DNA from: a virus
Virus record (IMG/VR): IMGVR_UViG_3300020190_000012
Span: 66,268 to 130,267 of that record
Direction: 5' to 3' (one strand)
DNA length: 64,000 nucleotides
Position 1 is the first letter of the stretch; each line of letters starts with the position of its first letter. The notes under the pieces were generated by a model. The model had not been told where the DNA came from and searched no databases. It saw only the letters and a list, made by a program, of their open reading frames with translations. Shown here one piece after another: positions 9,954 to 19,811 of this stretch. Both the position numbers and the translations under genes were made by a program.

Positions 9954-10589
9954 ATGAACGACAAGAAAATGATAAAAATATCAGACCGTCAGTGGATTGA
10001 AGCAGGCATCAAGCGTGGGTATCTCGCAAAAGGCCCCGAGGGTGTCATGCTTCGTAAAGAAGCATTGGGACCACTTGCTGCCCTCGGTGTAGGTGCTGCT
10101 CTACCTGCTGTGTGGGAAGGTGGCAAATGGCTGTGGAACAAAGCCACGGACAATCGTAGTTTAGGAGAACTTTTTTCCGGGTACGGTATCAATCCACAAA
10201 AATTTCAACAGATCCAGACGAACTACAAGTTGCTCATGAGTCACCTTGACAAGTTGTCCACGATGTCCCCGCGTGTTGCTCAGGCAGTCACGGCAGCAAA
10301 AGTCGAAATGGCAGCCAAGATGAACGACATGGCACGACAGATTGGTGTTGCAGGAGGTTCTGCCTCTTTCGGCGGTCAGCAACTTGAGGAAGAAACCACC
10401 GCTGCACACAAGAAGCAGCTGGAGGACATTCAGAAGAAGACCCAGATGTATGGCGCTCTTGGCAAGGGACCTGGAGGCGAACTGCCGAAAGACTTCAACC
10501 CACAAGCCCCTGTCAAGCCTACTGGCGGAACACCAAATCAGTCTGCCACAGCAGCCGCTCCTAAGCCACCAGGAGCTCTAGCAGCCTAA
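9954..10589 (+). CDS. putative internal virion protein with tag
   Basis: SDRQWIEAGIKRGYL, then RKEA followed by hydrophobic LGPLAALGVGAALPAVW. Confidence 0.7.
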   Translation: MNDKKMIKISDRQWIEAGIKRGYLAKGPEGVMLRKEALGPLAALGVGAALPAVWEGGKWLWNKATDNRSLGELFSGYGINPQKFQQIQTNYKLLMSHLDKLSTMSPRVAQAVTAAKVEMAAKMNDMARQIGVAGGSASFGGQQLEEETTAAHKKQLEDIQKKTQMYGALGKGPGGELPKDFNPQAPVKPTGGTPNQSATAAAPKPPGALAA

Positions 10590-10600
10590 TTCAATTCACT

Positions 10601-11089
10601 ATGGATAAGGTTGCTCAGTCATCTGAAGTGTCTGGAGCCCAACGTATGAGGGCTCGTGATGTTGGTCTTTCTGGCAGCGCTGCCCAGCCAGTGGCCCCAT
10701 CAGCAAGGGACATGGCAGCCCGGGGTGCAGGCTCGATTCGTGCATGGGGGCCTTCTGCAACATCCAGGGACAATGTGGCCGCAGCTCCGCTTGGCAACAT
10801 GGGCACAGTTCCTGATACATCTCAGTGGGGAGCTCCTAGTACATCTCAGCGGATGGTTCAGCAGTCGCAAGGACAACAGGCTGTTGCACAACCAGCGTGG
10901 CAATACAATCCAAATGCAGCACAGGTAACCACTCCGACTCAGGTCGGAGAGGATTCATATGAGGTTTGGACTGGTCCACATCAGTATTCAGGTCAGCCTG
11001 TTGACATGAAGTGGGTCATTTCGCTGCAGACAGGTGGAAAGTGGCAGCCGACACAGGAACTTAGAGCCCACCAAGGGCAGGGAACTTAA
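10601..11089 (+). CDS. hypothetical low-complexity protein
   Basis: Starts MDKVAQ; operonic spacing. Confidence 0.7.
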   Translation: MDKVAQSSEVSGAQRMRARDVGLSGSAAQPVAPSARDMAARGAGSIRAWGPSATSRDNVAAAPLGNMGTVPDTSQWGAPSTSQRMVQQSQGQQAVAQPAWQYNPNAAQVTTPTQVGEDSYEVWTGPHQYSGQPVDMKWVISLQTGGKWQPTQELRAHQGQGT

Positions 11090-11090
11090 C

Positions 11091-12083
11091 ATGGATAAAA
11101 TTTACACAGGCTTTGGACCACTGACCACCCTCACAGACCCAAATGAGGCAAGCATGGTTCTCGACATGTTCAGGGATATTGCACGCTCAAAGCAGGCACA
11201 ATCCTTTAACCAGATGGCTGCTGATAAAGAGAATGCTGCCATAGCCGCCGAAGCCAAGAGTTGGCTTGATGGAGGCAAGGAATGGTACATCGCCATCGGT
11301 GGTCCGCACTACGAATCTCTTGACCCCGCAAGCAAGAAAAAGTTACTTGAGTATTACATCAAGAAAATGTCAGAAACTGGACTGTTTTCAAATAGGGAGT
11401 CCGCCATAGATAATGCATTCAGGCTTCAGCCGCGACTCAAACCATTAGGGGAAAATAGGGAACAGAAGGCTATCCAGATACTGAAATATGAGTTGGAAAG
11501 GATTCAGTCTGCCCTACAGCAGCCTGCTCAGCAGCCGACGCAGCCTGCTCAGCAGCCGACACATCAGCCTTCAAGACAACCTGCAGGTAAGAAGCAGCCC
11601 AAGGCCCAAGAAACCCCATCATCAGTCAACACAACTGACGCAAGCGACTCACAGCAATCCACCGCCGCTGCGAAAGACAAGGCAGGCGGCAAGGGGGCCA
11701 CTACTCAGCAGGCAGATGCAGGTGGAAAGCCCAAGGCTGCGACTCCTGGTCAGCAGGGCGGTTCTGGTGTGGGGCTTCTGTCTCTCGTTGAACAAGGACT
11801 GGCAGTCGTGCTCGATGCCATCAAAAAGATGCCGTCTGCGCCCAAGGTTTCCGATCAGGTTCTCGCCCAGATGATTGTCGCAGACCAGCCGCAATATTGG
11901 TTCCCAAACAACGAGGTGTCAGAAACTGGCTTTTACGGACCGTTTGCGCGTGGACAGAACATTTTCTGGGCAGAGATTGAGTATAACGGTCAAGCTGGGC
12001 AATTCATGTACAGTGGCAGGTATGCATCTGTTCCTGCTGCGGCGTCTCAGGCAGTTCAGCAATCATCTGCTCAGGGCACCTAA
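11091..12083 (+). CDS. hypothetical protein with QQPA linker
   Basis: ATG 1 nt after upstream stop; SKQAQ motif. Confidence 0.7.
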   Translation: MDKIYTGFGPLTTLTDPNEASMVLDMFRDIARSKQAQSFNQMAADKENAAIAAEAKSWLDGGKEWYIAIGGPHYESLDPASKKKLLEYYIKKMSETGLFSNRESAIDNAFRLQPRLKPLGENREQKAIQILKYELERIQSALQQPAQQPTQPAQQPTHQPSRQPAGKKQPKAQETPSSVNTTDASDSQQSTAAAKDKAGGKGATTQQADAGGKPKAATPGQQGGSGVGLLSLVEQGLAVVLDAIKKMPSAPKVSDQVLAQMIVADQPQYWFPNNEVSETGFYGPFARGQNIFWAEIEYNGQAGQFMYSGRYASVPAAASQAVQQSSAQGT

Positions 12084-12098
12084 GATATTATCCGTTAA

Positions 12099-12137
12099 AA
12101 ACAAAAAGGGCTCCCTGATGGGATGCCCTTTTTGTTG
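12099..12137. terminator. bidirectional intrinsic terminator
   Basis: AAAAAGGGCTCCC-TGAT-GGGATGCCCTTTTT between convergent genes. Confidence 0.8.
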
Positions 12138-12153
12138 TTTCTTATGATCTCGC

Positions 12154-12297
12154 TTATTTGCTCTGCTTCTTCACATCTTTAACGCAACGTTCGTATTTCT
12201 TTTTATCATCTCTGCCGACAGATACTGTGCAAACAGCCCAAGGATTTGGGTCATACTCCTTCTTCTTGGCCTGCTTATACCAATTGCCGTGATTCAT
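12154..12297 (-). CDS. 47-aa basic protein with tag (not in ORF track)
   Basis: MNHGNWYKQAKKKEYDPNPWAVCTVSVGRDDKKKYERCVKDVKKQSK; ATGA overlap with upstream stop. Confidence 0.75.
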   Translation of the reverse strand: MNHGNWYKQAKKKEYDPNPWAVCTVSVGRDDKKKYERCVKDVKKQSK

Positions 12298-12890
12298 CGT
12301 CTTCTCGCTGCTGACTGCTGGGCTTGCCTTGCAGCCCTTACTGCTGCAACATTGTCCTTTCTCTCCTTTTCTTTTTGTGCCCTATCTCTGTCGGCGCCGG
12401 CTTTGATATTGATATCGTTAATGACCATTTTTGTGTACGGTTCAACAAGATCACCCTTTGTGTTGTACCGATAGATGTACTCCCTCACCCTGTCCGAATA
12501 CATTTCAATTGTTTCACCCCTCTGAATTGGTGGCACGGTTTTCAAGAAGGCACTTCTTGCAGCAATATAATCATCTGCATTCATTTGTGACAGGACGGCA
12601 TCATCTCCCTCAAGTATTGCCCTGATCTGTTCCTGGATACTGGACCTGGTTCTCTCTTGTATGATTCTTGAAAAATTGCTTTGCTTTTCAAACAACTGCC
12701 GATACTGGGCCTTCAACTGTTCTATCTGTTGCTGCCTCTGCTGCTCAAGTTGCGGATTTGGATTTTTGGGCTGTTTGGACAAGTTGGCCAACTGCATCTG
12801 AATCTGTACTATTTGACGCTGTATAGCAATCATTGTGGGATCGCCCTGCTGTTGCTGTTGCGCAATTTTTGAAATGCTATATATACTCAT
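12294..12890 (-). CDS. Gln-rich coiled-coil protein (start revised to MSIYSISKIAQ)
   Basis: KIAQ motif; AGG-N18-GCAA just upstream; avoids overlap with 12936 gene. Confidence 0.7.
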   Translation of the reverse strand: MSIYSISKIAQQQQQGDPTMIAIQRQIVQIQMQLANLSKQPKNPNPQLEQQRQQQIEQLKAQYRQLFEKQSNFSRIIQERTRSSIQEQIRAILEGDDAVLSQMNADDYIAARSAFLKTVPPIQRGETIEMYSDRVREYIYRYNTKGDLVEPYTKMVINDINIKAGADRDRAQKEKERKDNVAAVRAARQAQQSAARRR

Positions 12891-12935
12891 GCAAGGTATT
12901 TTGCTAGTAATGGTCGAAAATTCCTCTAGAAGAAC

Positions 12936-13433
12936 ATGCCAAACGACATAGATGACACTTTGACAGAAATGGGCATACGGATTGCCAACGACGCCATCGT
13001 TTATATTAAATCTGGTATCGATATCTTCAATCATAACCCTCTGCCCCCTACCCCTAGAGATGATCTTGTCAATTTGAACCTGCATGGTTCGGAAGGAACA
13101 GATTACGACAGAAGTTTTCTGTCCTTCCTGATCCAAAATATCATTGAAAAAATTGAAGAATCATTGATTATGACTGAAGTCAGGCTTGAAAAACCAGCAA
13201 TATTTTTTGGTAAAAAGAAGAACAGGAAGTCTTGTCCCGAGGCTAAAGACATGAAGATAAAAAGCCTGTACGAACCCCAGAGGCGTGCCACTGCTGGGGA
13301 GATAGCCTCTTTGGGTCAAATTATTAAGATCATTGAAATGCAAGACTTTGTCGATCATGTCAGAAATTGTTCTGCACTAGTTGACAGGGCATGTAGAGAA
13401 TTCAAATTGGCTGTTGAAAGGTTTTCCCGATGA
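12936..13433 (+). CDS. hypothetical protein
   Basis: ORF coupled to 13430. Confidence 0.6.
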   Translation: MPNDIDDTLTEMGIRIANDAIVYIKSGIDIFNHNPLPPTPRDDLVNLNLHGSEGTDYDRSFLSFLIQNIIEKIEESLIMTEVRLEKPAIFFGKKKNRKSCPEAKDMKIKSLYEPQRRATAGEIASLGQIIKIIEMQDFVDHVRNCSALVDRACREFKLAVERFSR

Positions 13434-14017
13434 AAGAAATCAGATCAAAATCATATTCAGAAAAGAAAGCATCTCTCGGCGAGTCAATGTCTCGTGGTTT
13501 TGACATATTCTCCAGGATGACAAGCCATCCGCTGTGGGGAAGTTTCTGGAAAGGAACCCACCTGGACGCAAAGTCAGGTCTGCTTGGGCAGGGGTTGCAG
13601 TCTCTTGAGCGGGCTGGAGTGACAGACAGGGAAGGTCGAGAACTTGCCTCGGTCACCAGAGACATGGTTTCTCTTATAGATGCCACTGAACCGAACTGCC
13701 ACAAGATACCCGAGTCTATTAAAGACGCGCTGCAGAATATGCATAGCCAAGGCATTGGTATGCTTCGAGGTTATAAAACCAAATCTAATACATGGAGACA
13801 GTGGTGCTTAAGTACTTTTGATTATAAATTTGGTCCATTCGCACATGCGTACAATATCTACATCAACAAACATACCGATGAAATTGGCAAGGTTGACGAA
13901 AAAGCAGAGAAATTCGCAGACTCACAAATGTCATTGCTATTTGAATCAGTCCGCAACCTCAGCAACAGAATATCAGCTGCCAATGGCACTAGTCCAGGAG
14001 CCCCGCCTTGTCCATAA
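13430..14017 (+). CDS. hypothetical protein
   Basis: 195-aa ORF, ATGA overlap. Confidence 0.7.
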   Translation: MKEIRSKSYSEKKASLGESMSRGFDIFSRMTSHPLWGSFWKGTHLDAKSGLLGQGLQSLERAGVTDREGRELASVTRDMVSLIDATEPNCHKIPESIKDALQNMHSQGIGMLRGYKTKSNTWRQWCLSTFDYKFGPFAHAYNIYINKHTDEIGKVDEKAEKFADSQMSLLFESVRNLSNRISAANGTSPGAPPCP

Positions 14018-14478
14018 ATGATGCCACCAAACTTGTCAGGGCTCAACATGATGTCCCAATTTCTGCAGAATCTCAGATCATAGCAGACAGCATCAGCAAC
14101 ACAAAAAGCGCCATATCATTAGCTGCTGCCATGATCATAAAAAATGAACATATGCAGTCGACCATAGTTGGTCTTGTTACGGAAATAGAAAAACTTAAGA
14201 ATCAGGCCAATCAACTTGCCACGTACATGGAAGAATATGTTCCTGAGGACATGGCTGCCATAGAGATGGCCAAGAAACTAGGTAGGGGGTCTGAAGCATC
14301 TAGGGGGACAGACCTTGCTCAAGCCATGCGGCAGGCTGTCTCTGCCACGAAGAAGGCCTCTATTGAAGCTGGCAGGGCATGCAGTTCGGACACGATGAGG
14401 GAACTTTCAGAGAGCATACTGCGGCTTGACAGCGCGTTCACAAACTCAGGTATTGACCGACCCTATCCAAGACCATGA
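14008..14478 (+). CDS. hypothetical helical protein
   Basis: 156-aa ORF in same operon. Confidence 0.65.
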   Translation: MSINDATKLVRAQHDVPISAESQIIADSISNTKSAISLAAAMIIKNEHMQSTIVGLVTEIEKLKNQANQLATYMEEYVPEDMAAIEMAKKLGRGSEASRGTDLAQAMRQAVSATKKASIEAGRACSSDTMRELSESILRLDSAFTNSGIDRPYPRP

Positions 14479-14934
14479 TAGTGGTCTTGAAGAGAACTCT
14501 CCTGCTGAGATATCAGAAGCCCCGCAATTTAGGTCTTTCCACTCTGCGGACGAATCTCCAATCGGTAAGTCTTTTTCCATAGAAGCTCTTGCAAGTGTTT
14601 CTGCAACCAGTGCTGGACATGCAATGAAGTTTTCACGCATGAATTCAGCAACAGATATTTTGTGACTAGATCTCACTGATTTAGAAAAAACCTTGAAAAG
14701 GTGTGCTGACCTTGGAACAGAGGTGTCTATCCTCCTCTGAAGATCGCTACCTAAGGTGGCTATTCCGGTCAAGAAAGACCTCGACCTAAAATTGAGATAG
14801 TTGGTGTCTGTTTTGTAGACAGTGGATATCAGTCTTGGCAGATAGCCTAATACATCTACCATCTCTTCTTTGATAACAGCAACCGCGCTCAAAGATTCCC
14901 AAAATGTTCTTGGTTTTATTGTTAGCCTGATCAT
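14446..14934 (-). CDS. hypothetical protein
   Basis: ATGA-coupled to 14931..16739. Confidence 0.65.
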   Translation of the reverse strand: MIRLTIKPRTFWESLSAVAVIKEEMVDVLGYLPRLISTVYKTDTNYLNFRSRSFLTGIATLGSDLQRRIDTSVPRSAHLFKVFSKSVRSSHKISVAEFMRENFIACPALVAETLARASMEKDLPIGDSSAEWKDLNCGASDISAGEFSSRPLSWSWIGSVNT

Positions 14935-16739
14935 GTGGTTGCTATGGTGGTGGTCTCAAACCACTCGCCTACCGTTGTTCTGTCAAGAATTTGTCTGATC
15001 ATAACCCGACCTCTTTCAGATATTTTCAAACTAGATCCAGAATTTCCTGATATCATCCTGATGTTTGCACCGACCCTTCCAGAGAATACTCCCAAAAGAG
15101 GTATTTCTTTCATCCTTCCTGAATATATCTCATACTTCCATCTACTCTGGTTGTTGTAACTTTTCAACTCGTCGATCAGATCTCCGTCCTCATTGTATAC
15201 CTTCGCTTGGAAGTGTATAAATCCAAGCATTCCGTTCATGTCCTGCAGTGGGAACTCTGCAGTCCAAGTTCCAGGCTTCTCCACATTGAGTGCAGATATT
15301 TCCTTAATCAGTTGTGGGCCCCCTGGAGTGTAAGATAAGAAAGATCCAGATAGTTTTTGATTTGCATTACTGACGAACTCAACGAATGATGGTTCGATAT
15401 TTAAATTTGACTGCCCATATGATATCTGTGATACAAAATGATTGTAACCTATCATCAAAAAAGAAAGACTACCTTTAGTACTCACGACTCCATTATCTGT
15501 TGAAAAAGGTGTAACAATTTCTCTCATTTTTAATTTAAAAAGAGCGTCTGAGACATCTGTTGATGGTGTGAAAAAACTATTTAGGTATGCATCTATCTTC
15601 TTTCCGCTCCTGTTCATCTTGGCCACAATTTGTGACAGCATGAACATGGTTTCTTCTAGCATTTCTACACTATTCAGCTTCTGGGTTGCCACAGACCTAT
15701 TGACGGTGAATTTTCCAAATGGGCATCCTATACATCCGAACGACGTGTCCAACGCAGGAGATGAAAGACACCAAGACTCCCCACATGTTTCCTTGTTTGC
15801 GACTGATATGAACAGGGATGTTGGATGCGGAGCCCCTCCAAACTCATCGTATTGCCCATATGGATCCTGCTGAATATATGGATCAATCATGTCTGCAGGT
15901 GGTGGCCCAACGGATCCAATCACAAAGCCATAACCAGCAGACGCAGCAGACACACACGGGGAAAATCCTCCGTCGGACGGTCTGACTTTCGATAACGATC
16001 CACCATCAGCATTTACGAATATGGCCCTCTTGTCAAATCCACTAACGAAATAAGATTCATTGGCCTCCTGCAGACCCCAACCATAAAAGAAGCTGTCTCC
16101 TGAAACATAGGGAAACGAAGAGTCATAGGGTATTGGCTGTTCCACCGACCTTCTGTATGAAGGAAACATGTCAGGCGCAAGTCCATTTTCAAACTCTTCT
16201 AAAGATCGAGACAAATAATCGCTTGTCTTACCTCGAGGAGGATATGGATCAAGGAGCAGGATCCCATATACATCAACACCAACAAGATTTGATACGACCT
16301 GATCAATCAGTTTTCTCGATTGAGCCACAGTTGGCATGTCCAGGGATGACACTGGTATAATCCCAAGTTCATACAACTTTGATGATCTGATGTTCCCAGA
16401 AGCATGGAAAGCAGGATTTCTTTTGCCTGGTTCCAATGGGTATGGGCTTGACAAACGCGAGCACGACGAAACATATCCACCATTGTGAAGAAACGCGACT
16501 GGCACCCGAAATCCAAGCACAAATGCACTGACTCCTTCTCTTCCTGCGTTTCTCAGTGGAGTCTCTATAGTGTTTCTGAATTCTTCATAAGAATCTAGAA
16601 TTGGCTCTGTTGAACAGTCTAGTGGAACAGTCCTAGATGAGGAAGCGCCAAGGGCAGCAATATATAACTGCGCCAGTTCTTTGCTTTCAGAAACGGCCGC
16701 ATTGTACCCAACAATGACCTTGGAATATTCGGGCATCAA
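14931..16739 (-). CDS. diverged TIGR03790-like protein with C-terminal extension
   Basis: VIVGYN....ES.ELA..Y, FVLGFRVP, and P.P..LF......GES...S.P......IG.P resemble recalled family motifs. Confidence 0.5.
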   Translation of the reverse strand: MMPEYSKVIVGYNAAVSESKELAQLYIAALGASSSRTVPLDCSTEPILDSYEEFRNTIETPLRNAGREGVSAFVLGFRVPVAFLHNGGYVSSCSRLSSPYPLEPGKRNPAFHASGNIRSSKLYELGIIPVSSLDMPTVAQSRKLIDQVVSNLVGVDVYGILLLDPYPPRGKTSDYLSRSLEEFENGLAPDMFPSYRRSVEQPIPYDSSFPYVSGDSFFYGWGLQEANESYFVSGFDKRAIFVNADGGSLSKVRPSDGGFSPCVSAASAGYGFVIGSVGPPPADMIDPYIQQDPYGQYDEFGGAPHPTSLFISVANKETCGESWCLSSPALDTSFGCIGCPFGKFTVNRSVATQKLNSVEMLEETMFMLSQIVAKMNRSGKKIDAYLNSFFTPSTDVSDALFKLKMREIVTPFSTDNGVVSTKGSLSFLMIGYNHFVSQISYGQSNLNIEPSFVEFVSNANQKLSGSFLSYTPGGPQLIKEISALNVEKPGTWTAEFPLQDMNGMLGFIHFQAKVYNEDGDLIDELKSYNNQSRWKYEIYSGRMKEIPLLGVFSGRVGANIRMISGNSGSSLKISERGRVMIRQILDRTTVGEWFETTTIATT

Positions 16740-17218
16740 CTACCTGTTGATCCAAAACCTCCAGATCCCCTCCCTGATCGGGAAACGGAATCACGCACAA
16801 ATTCTGCCACCATGGGCATCATGGGTACAAGTTGAGCAATTCGGTCACCTTTCTTGTATTTCTTCATCATTTCAGGTTTGTTTTGATTTCTGATTGGTCT
16901 GAAGGCGGCAATTATGTTACCCCTGTAGCCAGGATCGATAAGACCAACGGAGTTTCCCATCACCAAATCTGTTTTGCAAACACTGCTGCGCGGAAACAGA
17001 AGCAAATATGCACCATGCGGGTCGCATTTCACGCCAGTGTTGTATTTGATGAGGTCTACCGATCCATCAAGACCAAATGTCGCCTCTCCATCGTCAAGAG
17101 CCACTAGATCCCATCCTGCGTCGTCTGGGTGGGCCTTTTGAGGAGGCGTTGCCCCCTCCTCAAGTTCAAATTTTATGACATGCTTCAGATCAAAAGCAAC
17201 ATTGATGTTATGATACAT
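16736..17218 (-). CDS. dut: trimeric dUTPase
   Basis: DAGWDL, PRSS, GLIDPGYRG, GDRIAQL, RGSGGFGSTG. Confidence 0.97.
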   Translation of the reverse strand: MYHNINVAFDLKHVIKFELEEGATPPQKAHPDDAGWDLVALDDGEATFGLDGSVDLIKYNTGVKCDPHGAYLLLFPRSSVCKTDLVMGNSVGLIDPGYRGNIIAAFRPIRNQNKPEMMKKYKKGDRIAQLVPMMPMVAEFVRDSVSRSGRGSGGFGSTGS

Positions 17219-17226
17219 TTATATCC

Positions 17227-19767
17227 TCAGTTGCACTTGGTCCATCCACAAGATCTGCAGGTTACACAACCTTCCTGCCTGATCAGACTGCATTTGTCTT
17301 TTGTCTCACAGCTGGCACAAGTCTCTCCTGTGACCTCGGTGCCATCGGGAATATATTTTTTCAGAGCTCGTGCAACAGATCTGCTGAAGTTATTCATGTC
17401 TCCCTGAACCTTCTCAAGTTGCTGAACAATGAACTGTATATCTGCACCATGACGCAAAGCAGTCGAAATTATCCTCGTGAGAGCAGCCTCGTCCTCAGTC
17501 TCCTTGTCATTCACTTTGCTGATTGACAGTCTACTGTCATATTTATCAACGAGATCGATTCTGTATTTGCCTCTAGCCTCCTTCGTTGTCAGTCCCGAAG
17601 TGAAAGACTTGGAAACCATCAGTTCCTTATCGTCTCCATCTGATTTGTTTGGAAGGGCAAAGACTTCATATGGTTTGCTTTTTAGAAGACCAACAAACAC
17701 CACGAATGGAGAGCCCTTCACCTGAATGTGATGAACATCGCAAGCGAGAGTTTCCGGCCTCTTTGGGGCTTTGGTGTTGATGATTTCATCATTCTTTTCA
17801 GCAGATGCCTTCTTTTCATCAACAAGTACCCCAGTTCTACACCCATCGCGATAGATGGTGATACCTTTGCAGCCAGCCTTCCAGGCAGTTCTATAAATCT
17901 CATCAACTGCCTCGACTGTGGCATCGGCCGACAGATTTAGGGTGGAACTGATGGCGTGATCTATGTGCTTCTGCGCCGAAGCCTGTAACTTGACTCTCTT
18001 CTTCCAATCAAGTTCAGATGCAGTGCTGCCCGCCCATGGACTTTTGGTGATGTCGTCCTCTCCTGTGACATCAACCCACATCTTAACCTTTGGCGGATAC
18101 ACTTTAAACTCCATCCAGTGATCTCCGTTTTGGTCAACAAAATCGGATCGGAATCCAATGTCTCCTGGGTTCCCCTTTTTTCTTCGGATGTATGGAGCAA
18201 CCATGAACTGTGGTTCAATCCCAGAACTTGTCTGTGTCAAGATAGAAACTGATCCACATGGTGCCGTAGTTAGCAGAGCGATATTGCGCCTTCCGTATTT
18301 CTGCATGTCGGCATAAAGCTCTGGATCTTCAGACTTCATTCGTTTTAGGAACGGATTGCCTGACTCTTTATCTGCGTCCCAAATTGGGAAGGCTCCAATC
18401 TCCATCGCCATGTCAACGCTGCTCCTGTAGGCAGACAATTTCATGGTCTTGTATATCTTGGTGATTGTGGATATTCCCTCATCTGAAGTGTATGGCATGC
18501 CCAAAGCTGCAAGGGTGTCTCCCACAGCAGTCAATCCCGTTCCCGTTCGTCTGCCTCTCGAGGCAGCATTTCTTATGTCTTTCCACAACTCAAGTTCTCG
18601 CTGGCGGAATTTAGGCTCCTCGGGGTCCTTCTTGACCTTGTCAATGATCCTGTCGATGCATTCAATCTCAAGATCCACCAAATCATCCATCAATCTCTGG
18701 CACACGGCAACATGCTCAGAGAACAATTTGAAGTTGAACTTGGCCTTGCTGGTGAATGGATTTTCAACATAGCTGAAGGCATTCAAAAGCATCAGACGGC
18801 AAGAGTCAAATGCAGACAGCGGGATTTCTGAACATGGATTCGTGCTGATTGTTTCAAATCCATCAGATGCATAGCAATCAGCAGGACTTTCCTTGATGAT
18901 GTTGTCCCAGAACAGAAGACCAGGCTCGGCCATGTGGTGTGCATTTTCAACAATCAAGCGCCATATCTTCTTGGCATCGACATTCTTTCTGATCTGTGGC
19001 TCGTCCGAATTGCATGGCCACCTCTGCTCATACTTTTCTCCCTTATCAACTGCCTCCAAGAAATCATCATACAGCATGACTGATATGTTGGCTCCGGTGA
19101 CTTTTGTCAGGTCTCGCTTCATAACCGTAAACTCTTCGATGTCCGGGTGGTGGACATCAAGGGTCAACATAAGGGCACCGCGTCGACCTGCCTGTCCAAC
19201 CTCTCTGATGGAATTTGAAAAGCGCTCTGCGAAAGATATCACGCCAGTGCTTGTTCGGGCGGCATTCCTTGTGGGGCTGCCGTTCGGTCTGAGATTGGAA
19301 AGATTCAAGCCAACTCCGCCACGACGCTTGCTGATCTGAACCAGGCATTCGTCTGCGGACATGATAGAGCCGTAAGAATCGTGCGGAGATGCAATGACAT
19401 AGCAGTTGCTCAGGCTGATGTATTGCTGGTTGTTGCCAATCCCGTACATCGGAGATCCCTGCGGCACTATGTACTTGAAGTGATCCATCAGACTGAAAAG
19501 AAATTCAGCAGAATACGGATTCTTGAACTTTTTAGCCTCTATGCGTGCGAACTCTTTTGCGATCCTCCAGTGCATGTCCTTCGGAGACTTCTCTAGCAGG
19601 TTGTTCTTTCTGTCTCGGAGGGCATATTTGTCCACGAATACTTTTGCAGACAAGTCGTCTCCACCGAAGTAGGCCGTGCTTGCAGTAAGGGCCTCCTGAT
19701 AGGAGTATATATTCTTTTCGCACGAACCACATGAAACACCGCCACAGCACTTGTTTTCGTTTTCCAT
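17227..19767 (-). CDS. nrdJ: class II (B12-dependent) ribonucleotide reductase
   Basis: LSNCYV, GRRGALM, TNPCSEI, APCGSVS, GCKGITIYRDG; C-terminal TSCPD-like domain and Cys ribbon; no beta subunit nearby. Confidence 0.93.
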   Translation of the reverse strand: MENENKCCGGVSCGSCEKNIYSYQEALTASTAYFGGDDLSAKVFVDKYALRDRKNNLLEKSPKDMHWRIAKEFARIEAKKFKNPYSAEFLFSLMDHFKYIVPQGSPMYGIGNNQQYISLSNCYVIASPHDSYGSIMSADECLVQISKRRGGVGLNLSNLRPNGSPTRNAARTSTGVISFAERFSNSIREVGQAGRRGALMLTLDVHHPDIEEFTVMKRDLTKVTGANISVMLYDDFLEAVDKGEKYEQRWPCNSDEPQIRKNVDAKKIWRLIVENAHHMAEPGLLFWDNIIKESPADCYASDGFETISTNPCSEIPLSAFDSCRLMLLNAFSYVENPFTSKAKFNFKLFSEHVAVCQRLMDDLVDLEIECIDRIIDKVKKDPEEPKFRQRELELWKDIRNAASRGRRTGTGLTAVGDTLAALGMPYTSDEGISTITKIYKTMKLSAYRSSVDMAMEIGAFPIWDADKESGNPFLKRMKSEDPELYADMQKYGRRNIALLTTAPCGSVSILTQTSSGIEPQFMVAPYIRRKKGNPGDIGFRSDFVDQNGDHWMEFKVYPPKVKMWVDVTGEDDITKSPWAGSTASELDWKKRVKLQASAQKHIDHAISSTLNLSADATVEAVDEIYRTAWKAGCKGITIYRDGCRTGVLVDEKKASAEKNDEIINTKAPKRPETLACDVHHIQVKGSPFVVFVGLLKSKPYEVFALPNKSDGDDKELMVSKSFTSGLTTKEARGKYRIDLVDKYDSRLSISKVNDKETEDEAALTRIISTALRHGADIQFIVQQLEKVQGDMNNFSRSVARALKKYIPDGTEVTGETCASCETKDKCSLIRQEGCVTCRSCGWTKCN

Positions 19768-19811
19768 TTTTCTCCATATTTCTTTTGACCGCTTGAGTCC
19801 TTAATACAAGA

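Noticed and set aside
17227-19767. Intein or intron in RNR
   Set aside because: Length and motif spacing are normal; no splice-junction or LAGLIDADG motifs seen.
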